This document shows positions 45,997-52,683 of a stretch of DNA of 52,683 bases, one piece after another. Source of the stretch: a virus (taxonomy: Duplodnaviria > Caudoviricetes); the IMG/VR virus record IMGVR_UViG_3300030329_005293, positions 1 through 52,683 of that record; one strand, given 5' to 3'. Numbering within the stretch: position 1 is the first letter of the stretch; each line of letters begins with the position of its first letter. The notes beneath the pieces were generated by a model that made no database searches, was not told the origin of the DNA, and saw only the letters and a list, made by a program, of their open reading frames with translations. The position numbers and the translations under genes were made by a program.

Positions 45997-46550
45997 TCAT
46001 CACTAGAAGTTGGGCCATGTCCAACAAAGAAACATTTCGGATCAAGCCCATCAACGAGGTGATCCAACGCTACCTCAATGGTGGCGTGTGGGTTGACCCG
46101 TTTGTTCGGGCTTCGGTTTTCAAGGACCAAATGACCTTCACCAATGACCTGAACCCTGACTTTGAAGCGACTCACCATATGGATGCGCTGGAGTTCTTGA
46201 AAGCTCTCAGTGACTCCTCTGTAGATGGGGTTCTATTTGACCCTCCCTACAGCCCCAGACAGATTACTGAGTGCTACCAAGGGGTTGGTCGGAAGACAGT
46301 TTTCGCTGACACCAACGCCAGTTTTTGGTCCAATCTCAAAAAAGAGATCAGTCGGATTCTAAAACCCGGTGGCGTGTGCATCACATGCTGCTGGAACAGC
46401 GGGGGCATTGGAAAAAAATATCAATTTGAAATTGAAGAGGTTCTGATTGTACCCCACGGATCGTGGAAACACGACACCATCTGCACCGTAGACAGAAAAC
46501 AACCCACACTACCCACACTATTTAACTACAAGGACACTACCAATGAGTAA
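45993..46550 (+). CDS. Amino (probably N6-adenine) DNA methyltransferase
   Basis: VDPF, DLNP, DALEFL, LFDPPYSPRQ and RILKPGG. Confidence 0.85.
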   Translation: MIITRSWAMSNKETFRIKPINEVIQRYLNGGVWVDPFVRASVFKDQMTFTNDLNPDFEATHHMDALEFLKALSDSSVDGVLFDPPYSPRQITECYQGVGRKTVFADTNASFWSNLKKEISRILKPGGVCITCCWNSGGIGKKYQFEIEEVLIVPHGSWKHDTICTVDRKQPTLPTLFNYKDTTNE

Positions 46551-47349
46551 AACCACACTACCCACACATAAGCAAGCCATTCTGGATGCTTTCGATTTCG
46601 TGGGCCTGTTCCACGAGTACATTCAGGCCCACGGGAATATCTGGAACCGAGTGGAATTCCATGTAGAGGATGGAGAGGTAACTCTCTACGCTCTCGGCTC
46701 CAACGAATCTCTTGCAGGTGATGGCTCCACCTGCTTTTACGAAGAGCAACTGGCAGAGGACGATAGCTGGCTTTGGGCTGACTGGGCTGCCTGCACTGAT
46801 GATGATGAGTACATCATTGAAAACCCCGAGGGCGTTGGTGACGTAACCATATCAGAGACTGCTCTGCGTCGCCTCTGCCTCGACAACACCGACTGGTACG
46901 AGAGTACCTACTATCACTGGGTTGATCAGCTAGAGAAGTGGCTGCTGGGAGCAGACATCAAATCCACTGCTCAGAAAATTGCTGCTCAGTTTGGCGATGA
47001 CGGCCAAATTTTTGAGGATGACAACGGCCAGACATTGCATGATGTCTGCTCGGAGCATGGCAGCACCTATGTCCAGCACATGCCGTACCGAGTGCTGGAC
47101 AAGGACGGTGATCCTGCTGGACATGTGGATGGAACCTTTGACGAATACTACGAATTTGACGACGGCTCCTATATCGCTGTCAGTGGTGGAGGATGGGACC
47201 TGAGCGACGATAATGGAGGCTCTTGGACCGATAGCGGATTCTCATGTTTTCCCATCGATGAAGATGACCCCACCCCCGACTACGATTACGAGGAGCGCTG
47301 TGAACGACAGGTATCGAGATTCCTCTTCTGGGGATCTGACGACAACTAA
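46543..47349 (+). CDS. Highly acidic hypothetical protein
   Basis: About 60 D/E versus about 13 K/R in 268 aa (hand count). Confidence 0.65.
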   Translation: MSKTTLPTHKQAILDAFDFVGLFHEYIQAHGNIWNRVEFHVEDGEVTLYALGSNESLAGDGSTCFYEEQLAEDDSWLWADWAACTDDDEYIIENPEGVGDVTISETALRRLCLDNTDWYESTYYHWVDQLEKWLLGADIKSTAQKIAAQFGDDGQIFEDDNGQTLHDVCSEHGSTYVQHMPYRVLDKDGDPAGHVDGTFDEYYEFDDGSYIAVSGGGWDLSDDNGGSWTDSGFSCFPIDEDDPTPDYDYEERCERQVSRFLFWGSDDN

Positions 47350-47408
47350 CCTAAACAACCGACAGAGCAGCGGTGGTCTGCTCATTTCACACACACATGG
47401 AGCACACA

Positions 47409-47726
47409 ATGAACCCATACAACTACATCAACAACATCGTCAAAAAGGCGATGGCTACCACCAACGCAGATATTGTCGAACAATGCCTGCGTAATTTGCG
47501 CTCGTGCTACGGGCACTATGATGAGCGCACATCAGCAAAGTTAGAGTCTCATCTCGACAATGCCTATGATGCCGTTTTTAAGCATCTTCTCGGTCTTGCA
47601 CTAACCAGACAAGCGAACCCCCACAAAAAGATTGATCTACCTACCGAGGACATCAAGGCTATCACGTTTTTTGATGGCAATGGTAACGAAGTACCACAGG
47701 AGAATACAGGAGAATACAATGAGTAA
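47409..47726 (+). CDS. Hypothetical protein
   Basis: GGAG RBS before MNPY. Confidence 0.55.
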   Translation: MNPYNYINNIVKKAMATTNADIVEQCLRNLRSCYGHYDERTSAKLESHLDNAYDAVFKHLLGLALTRQANPHKKIDLPTEDIKAITFFDGNGNEVPQENTGEYNE

Positions 47727-48099
47727 CCTAACCAAACAAGCGAACCTACTGGTGGGGCTTGGGCAGATCCAGCCCATCCCCCTAACCGTCTGCAACCCCC
47801 ACGAAGCTGCTACCATGGCTGCTGCGCTGGAGTTTGTGATGCAACAACATGGCATTGATTCTGAGGTGATCGAGGCCTATCTGGGCCATACGATGTTCGA
47901 GCACATCAAAGACTTGTTCCTCCCCCACGGGGGGACGTGTTCTAGTTGTCCCTTGGCTGCTGATGGTGGAGACAAACTACTGGAGGGAGCTCTGCGGAAG
48001 TGCAGAACAAAACTCTTCCCACCTTGTGCCCTCGAAGCAGACCATCTCGATGCTCAGGTGATGAGCCTATACTTCAAACTACTACGGAGCGAATCATGA
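47719..48099 (+). CDS. Hypothetical protein
   Basis: AGGAG RBS before MSNL; contains CSSCP. Confidence 0.55.
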   Translation: MSNLTKQANLLVGLGQIQPIPLTVCNPHEAATMAAALEFVMQQHGIDSEVIEAYLGHTMFEHIKDLFLPHGGTCSSCPLAADGGDKLLEGALRKCRTKLFPPCALEADHLDAQVMSLYFKLLRSES

Positions 48100-48341
48100 A
48101 CATTCAAAAAGGATATTGGGAGTATGACAGTACTCCTTTCACAAACAATTTCGGTTGGTATTTTTATCTTCATACAGGCGGATACTTCTACCTGTCGGAA
48201 ATGCAATATGTTGGCACCCATGAGAAAGGTGGGGAGGTCATCGGTATAGAGGTTAAGTACCCAGACTACAATCCAGTCATCCTCCCTCCCTTGCCCCAGG
48301 GAGTCGACCTGACCAATGCCCTAAAAGGAGGTGAGGTATGA
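48096..48341 (+). CDS. Hypothetical protein
   Basis: ATGA-coupled; GGAG RBS before MNIQ. Confidence 0.55.
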   Translation: MNIQKGYWEYDSTPFTNNFGWYFYLHTGGYFYLSEMQYVGTHEKGGEVIGIEVKYPDYNPVILPPLPQGVDLTNALKGGEV

Positions 48342-48958
48342 TTGACAAAGAAATGCTTAGAGCGTTGGTCTCTAACCACCTAAAACTTGAACACCTGTAT
48401 CTTGCGACCAGATTCAAGGGGAACAGCAAAAAACTGGTCAGAAAACAATGGTCAGTGATGCAGGTTCGCACCAGACAATATTACTATGACGTGATGGTCT
48501 GGACCCGAGCGGAGGTTTATCTGCGCGAGAAGCGCCCAGATTGCGACCACCGTGTTTTTGTGACCGTGTATGGAGAGATCATCCCCAAGCCCGTCACTGG
48601 GCGTACAGTCAAGCAGAAAAGCCTAACATCGATGCGCGTCTACATTGGGTTGGCCAAATACATCCATGACCTGTGGGTGCGTGTCCCCATGATCCTCAAT
48701 GTTCGTCCCAAAGTCGTCCAAAAGGCAGCTTTGTCAGAGTATGCCTACAAGTGGTCTCTGCGCCAAGCCAAAGGGGACTACGGTATCTACGCTCACAAGT
48801 TGTACGACCATGACCGCACGTACAACGGTTGGGTGATCTGCTACAGCGATGGGACCCAAATCACACAGACTCCATGCCAACACGAATGGGAAGCATGGAG
48901 CCACGCCTATCAATCCATGATCCATGGGATTGTCGAACCGTTGATGCTTGACGGCTAA
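48338..48958 (+). CDS. Hypothetical basic protein
   Basis: GGAGGTGAGG RBS, 206 aa. Confidence 0.6.
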   Translation: MIDKEMLRALVSNHLKLEHLYLATRFKGNSKKLVRKQWSVMQVRTRQYYYDVMVWTRAEVYLREKRPDCDHRVFVTVYGEIIPKPVTGRTVKQKSLTSMRVYIGLAKYIHDLWVRVPMILNVRPKVVQKAALSEYAYKWSLRQAKGDYGIYAHKLYDHDRTYNGWVICYSDGTQITQTPCQHEWEAWSHAYQSMIHGIVEPLMLDG

Positions 48959-49006
48959 ACCAAACCCAGATATACTGCCGCATGGGTTTTTGTGTCCATG
49001 TGTGGT

Positions 49007-49036
49007 ACCTCCCCTGTCCAACAGGGGGGGTTTTTT
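49007..49036 (+). terminator. Intrinsic terminator at the early/late convergence
   Basis: acctcccctgt-cca-acagggggggt plus a T-tract; a weaker stem lies at 48962-48991. Confidence 0.7.
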
Positions 49037-49056
49037 GCTTTCTGGACCCCGCTGGT

Positions 49057-49299
49057 TCAGCGTTTTCTGCGCGAAGAAGCAGCCTTCTTACGGTTATAAG
49101 ACCGTGAGACCACCCTGAGATTGGACCTGCCATTGCTGCCACCTTTGGACATGGGAACCTTGTGGTCAACCTCTCTGGGGTCTCCGGGGGAAAGTCCCAT
49201 CATTTTCCTAGCCCTGCGTCTGGGGGACCGGCGATTCTTTTGAGCTTGTGTTCTCTCCCGATATTCCTTACGATAGTTCCGACTCTTCTTGGGCATCAT
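49057..49299 (-). CDS. Small HNH endonuclease
   Basis: EVDHKVPMSKGGSN..SNLRVVSRSYNR. Confidence 0.8.
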   Translation of the reverse strand: MMPKKSRNYRKEYRERTQAQKNRRSPRRRARKMMGLSPGDPREVDHKVPMSKGGSNGRSNLRVVSRSYNRKKAASSRRKR

Positions 49300-49304
49300 G
49301 CCTC

Positions 49305-49682
49305 CTATGTCATCAGCATTTTGACGAGAACAGCATTGTTCGGGCCAGTCGTTCCGCCCGTTCCTGCTGCCGTGACCACAGCTACATACGTTCCAGTGGC
49401 CAGTGTGGAAGCTGGATCAAACATAAAGTCCGCCTCAGATGATGCAGCACAAGGCAAGATAAAATCTGGACTGTTACTCCCCAATGTTGGAGGAGAACTG
49501 CTATCAAAGTTGTATATCTTCAAATACACTGCGTGAGTGTTCGCGGTGTTGTCAATTTTCACTGCATCTACGGTTCTGGAGTTGTCAGTGACATTGACCA
49601 ACGCCCCCGTATCGATACTGAGTTCAACCCGACGAGCTGATATTTGAGTGGTGGTAGCTGATTCTGATATTGTGTTTGCCAT
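49305..49682 (-). CDS. Beta-rich virion protein (paralog A)
   Basis: IDNT....YLKIYN....P.LG...PDFILP.AAS. Confidence 0.55.
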   Translation of the reverse strand: MANTISESATTTQISARRVELSIDTGALVNVTDNSRTVDAVKIDNTANTHAVYLKIYNFDSSSPPTLGSNSPDFILPCAASSEADFMFDPASTLATGTYVAVVTAAGTGGTTGPNNAVLVKMLMT

Positions 49683-49684
49683 TT

Positions 49685-50047
49685 TTATGTCCCAAATATT
49701 CTATAGGCGATGGTGCCGCCCGGAGCAGACCCCCCAGTGGCAGCACCATCACTTGCACAAACGCTGAGGGCAGAGGAGATTGTAATACCCTGCTTCATGT
49801 ATACCCTCATCCTAGCTGATGCTGCCACTGGCACACAGAACACGGGGTCCGTTGTGCCATGCGTCACAACGCTGGTGTCATACAGTTTCAAAAAGTTTGT
49901 GCTGCTACCCGAGGTGTTATCAATGAATATGGTGTGAACAGAACCAGTAGTCCCTGTTAGCAAATTCTTGTCTGGGTTGGTCCCCGCCGCAGTTTGCCGA
50001 ATAAATGAATTAAAATCTGCTTGTGCATCGTTTGTTGTGATAGCCAT
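49685..50047 (-). CDS. Beta-rich virion protein (paralog B)
   Basis: IDNT....FLKLYD....THG..DPVFCVP.AAS. Confidence 0.55.
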   Translation of the reverse strand: MAITTNDAQADFNSFIRQTAAGTNPDKNLLTGTTGSVHTIFIDNTSGSSTNFLKLYDTSVVTHGTTDPVFCVPVAASARMRVYMKQGITISSALSVCASDGAATGGSAPGGTIAYRIFGT

Positions 50048-50377
50048 CTATCCTCCCATATGGTGTTGCAATTCACTGGATGATAAAACCTCCAGTTTTC
50101 CTCTCAGGGTAGCCATCTCCTCAGTCACTGATCTCAGCTCCGCATGCAGTTTTCTTATCTCATCATCCTTCGCATCCAACCGTTGTTGGAGTTGGATGAT
50201 CTGCTGCTGAAGAGTCGATCGAAAATCAATTTGCTCCTGCACATGGGCATCCTGTTGCTTGTGGACAATACCTGAGCGTGTCTGCATACGCTTGGTCCAA
50301 AAATCCCAAGCCTTTGCACTGGTCAGTGCGGTGAACACACTGATCAAAACCGTGTATATGGTTGCCATCGTTGTCAT
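50048..50377 (-). CDS. N-terminal TM plus coiled-coil protein (lysis module)
   Basis: IYTVLISVFTAL...WDFW followed by heptad repeats; ATGA coupling. Confidence 0.5.
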   Translation of the reverse strand: MTTMATIYTVLISVFTALTSAKAWDFWTKRMQTRSGIVHKQQDAHVQEQIDFRSTLQQQIIQLQQRLDAKDDEIRKLHAELRSVTEEMATLRGKLEVLSSSELQHHMGG

Positions 50378-50754
50378 TTTGCTGCTCCAGATATAGCATA
50401 GCCTCCAAATACAACAGCAGCACCTCCAATTACCACTCCGAGGCCAGCCCACAGCAATGGTCTTTCTGTTAATGGCACCGGCCGTCTCGCTTCTTCAAGT
50501 AGAGTTTGTGTGTATTGTAATTTAAATTCCAACGCCCCCGTATCAATCCGATACAAATCCTCCACTCTGGTGGCATGTACCCCCAGTTTTTCATAGTCTG
50601 CCATCCAAGAGGTTGGCAGCAATATGCCTCGGCAATCTGATTGAGATCCTACTCTCATTGCAATGGCTCTAATGCACTGCCCCTCAACGTGCGGTGTAGG
50701 AGGAGGTCTTGGAGGGGGCTCCGCCGCCATTAGAGTCGATACCAAAAGCCACAT
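50374..50754 (-). CDS. Membrane protein, spanin candidate
   Basis: Short N-terminal hydrophobic segment, Pro-rich linker and C-terminal TM. Confidence 0.45.
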   Translation of the reverse strand: MWLLVSTLMAAEPPPRPPPTPHVEGQCIRAIAMRVGSQSDCRGILLPTSWMADYEKLGVHATRVEDLYRIDTGALEFKLQYTQTLLEEARRPVPLTERPLLWAGLGVVIGGAAVVFGGYAISGAAK

Positions 50755-50987
50755 TAGAGTGGGCCTCCTCGTCTGTTTATCATGTCAGCAAGTTGATCTT
50801 CAGCATTATCTGAAGCGACAGCTTGATCTATGTCCTCAGTCTCTGCATCAAATGTGTTCTCAACAATATCTCTTGCAGTATTCGATGATTCATCTGTTTT
50901 TTTTACGTTTAGAGTTTTATTTTCTCGCCAGTAAAACAACACAAATACCCCCATGGTCAAGATGGCAAACAACATTAATGGTTCCAT
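50754..50987 (-). CDS. N-terminal TM protein, i-spanin candidate
   Basis: MEPLMLFAILTMGVFVLFYW followed by an acidic helix; GGAG RBS. Confidence 0.45.
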   Translation of the reverse strand: MEPLMLFAILTMGVFVLFYWRENKTLNVKKTDESSNTARDIVENTFDAETEDIDQAVASDNAEDQLADMINRRGGPL

Positions 50988-51235
50988 TATTTCTCCAATT
51001 GATGTGCAAAAGAAGACTTCTCTTTTGCACCCCAATGCCTACCGCCGAGGGAGAGAGTTCCTCCTGTTGCAACAGAAGCGATGGCGATGGCCAAGGTTGC
51101 AACAACATCTCCCATGGGTTCCATCGCATCTGGTCTCCACAACATGCAGATCAGTACCTCGACAGATAATACCATGAGGGCGATCATTCCCAGCTTGGCC
51201 GACTCCAATGTTCTCGATGGTTTTGCTTTACTCAT
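50987..51235 (-). CDS. Holin candidate (2 TM)
   Basis: Two hydrophobic segments, directly after the endolysin. Confidence 0.55.
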   Translation of the reverse strand: MSKAKPSRTLESAKLGMIALMVLSVEVLICMLWRPDAMEPMGDVVATLAIAIASVATGGTLSLGGRHWGAKEKSSFAHQLEK

Positions 51236-52121
51236 TGCTTAGGGTCTCCATAAAATATTTTAGGTCCAGACCAGCACAGTCTATCTTTTCTCTCTTCAGA
51301 TGGTAGTGATGGACAAAGCCCTTGAAGTCACCCCTCCAAGCCTCTGGAGAGCCGTTTGTGGACATTTCCCCATCTTCCATGGGACATTGCAGGGGTATAC
51401 CCAAACCCTTGTGTATGGCTCTCATAAGGGCCAGCAAAGCTCCGCGTTGGATATAATAGAATCCAAGGAAAGGATCGAGTTTTTGCCCATGGACAATGGC
51501 ATCCTTCACGATGGGCCGAGCCCCAAAGTCTCTGTCCATGTACCACTGGTTGTACTTCAGATAGTACGGGTTGTTTATCTCAACCCCCACTGACCAGTCA
51601 TTTAGGTGCCTAGCTCCAGCATGGAACGCTACATGCTTTGTATCCATGGTCTGGTGTATGGTCCCATCGTAATCGATCATGAAGTGTACCGACAACCCTC
51701 TCTTCTCAACTACCCGGAAACAAGACCGGCTGGTTAAGCAGACATCCCAGTGGGTGACAAACTGTTTGATCTCCCGAGGCTCACCCAGAACCGGACGGTA
51801 GTTTTCCTCGGATGCTTCAAAACCTTCTGGCTCCGACCACAATACAACTTTGTGCCAACGGATGGGGATAAAGCTCCCATTGCAAACGATGGCATTGCCA
51901 TTCCGAGTGCGAATCTTAGCTGGCTTGTACTCGTCAATCTCGCTCTCTCTCTTCAGGAACACCCTGCGATATGTTGATGGGCCACACATGCCATCCGGTT
52001 TGAGACCATGCTCAGCTTGGAAAGCTGCTATCTTTGCTATCAATTCCATACCAAATTCAGTGCAACCAAACCATTCTGGAGTCCAGCCATATTTTTCAGC
52101 ACTTTTTTGATTATAACTCAT
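51228..52121 (-). CDS. Endolysin: peptidoglycan-binding domain plus N-acetylmuramoyl-L-alanine amidase (Amidase_2)
   Basis: FQAEHGLKPDGMCGPST; VTHW, SVHFMID..G.I.Q, AFHAG..N..SVGVEI and HH....K.DC. Confidence 0.88.
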   Translation of the reverse strand: MSYNQKSAEKYGWTPEWFGCTEFGMELIAKIAAFQAEHGLKPDGMCGPSTYRRVFLKRESEIDEYKPAKIRTRNGNAIVCNGSFIPIRWHKVVLWSEPEGFEASEENYRPVLGEPREIKQFVTHWDVCLTSRSCFRVVEKRGLSVHFMIDYDGTIHQTMDTKHVAFHAGARHLNDWSVGVEINNPYYLKYNQWYMDRDFGARPIVKDAIVHGQKLDPFLGFYYIQRGALLALMRAIHKGLGIPLQCPMEDGEMSTNGSPEAWRGDFKGFVHHYHLKREKIDCAGLDLKYFMETLSNE

Positions 52122-52531
52122 GGAGAATATTTACTGATGACAAGCCAAGTGGTTCCTGTGCAGCAAAAAACCACGGCTGATTTTGGGGTGTTGAGAACAA
52201 AATTTGTATTTCCATCAATCATATCGGTCCCCGATCTATTGATAGTAATGTTATTTGTGTTTGCATTTCCTGTTTCATCTTTGATGATGATCATCCTGCC
52301 AGCGTTGGTCGACGCTGAGGGTAATGTCACAGAGTATGCCCCTTGTGACGTGTTGACAGCAATCATATAATCTGTGCTCACAATGTTGTAATTACCATTG
52401 ATGTCTCTAGACTTCAATCTAATCCCACCCTCAATATCTAATGTGGATGATAACGCACACGTGTCAGAAGCACTAGGAATAACAATTCGAGTGTTGCTGC
52501 TGTCAAAACCAAATAGTTTGTATACGGCCAT
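52118..52531 (-). CDS. Small fibre-type virion protein sharing its N-terminus with the 1..2358 fibre
   Basis: MAVYKLFGFDSSNTRIVIPSASDT; VTLPSA...GR.IIIKDE.G.A.TNNITI...TD.IDG domain typical of fibre tips. Confidence 0.65.
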   Translation of the reverse strand: MAVYKLFGFDSSNTRIVIPSASDTCALSSTLDIEGGIRLKSRDINGNYNIVSTDYMIAVNTSQGAYSVTLPSASTNAGRMIIIKDETGNANTNNITINRSGTDMIDGNTNFVLNTPKSAVVFCCTGTTWLVISKYSP

Positions 52532-52551
52532 AAATGGGTCCTGCAAATTTA

Positions 52552-52575
52552 TGGGGAGAGGTTGCCCCCTCCCCA
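52552..52575 (-). promoter_or_regulatory. Intergenic RNA hairpin with a GCAA (GNRA) tetraloop
   Basis: Minus strand tggggagggg-gcaa-cctctcccca, just after the fibre stop; weak U-tract. Confidence 0.5.
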
Positions 52576-52584
52576 CTTTAAGTA

Positions 52585-52683
52585 TTACGCAAATGTAAGG
52601 ATATTACGAATTTGAATAACGCCAGTCAAAACAGTTGCAGATCCATCACCATTCTGAGCAAGGATACCCACTTGAACAATGCT
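52585..52683 (+). repeat. 99-bp terminal duplication of bases 1-99 (circular assembly overlap)
   Basis: Exact match to the start of the window. Confidence 0.95.

Noticed and set aside
52585-52683. Terminal direct repeat as a biological genome end
   Set aside because: It is exactly 99 bp, a common assembler k-mer size, and lies within the late operon at a gene's 3' end. It indicates circular assembly, not a physical terminus.

Overview
This window is a complete, circularly permuted dsDNA tailed-phage genome of 52,584 bp. The last 99 bp (52585-52683) duplicate bases 1-99, as expected from an assembler k-mer overlap. The architecture is podovirus-like. One long minus-strand late operon (27.9 kb down to 1, continuing 52.5 to 49.1 kb) encodes terminase, portal, scaffold, major capsid, decoration, adaptor and nozzle proteins, three probable ejection proteins (one of 2825 aa), fibre proteins, amidase endolysin, holin/spanin candidates and a small HNH nuclease. 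A replication/recombination block (30-34 kb) holds an AAA_24/Sak4-like ATPase, RusA, a primase and a VirE/VapE helicase, followed by an origin-like spacer. No DNA polymerase, integrase, tRNA or CRISPR array was recognised. The most unusual feature is a cluster (35.1-37.9 kb) of four paralogous genes built from nine tandem ~47-aa helix-turn-helix-like repeats that all end in Trp-Pro and vary in the predicted recognition helix. The accessory region (38-49 kb) carries four DNA-modification enzymes: a Dam-like MTase, a second amino-MTase, a Mom-like acetyltransferase and a C5-MTase with an overprinted second polypeptide. It also has a 23-bp perfect inverted repeat, GGCTCCGGCT arrays bracketing an inverted cassette, a GP88-like Fe-S protein and a very acidic possible DNA mimic. 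All calls come from motif recognition by eye, with no database search.
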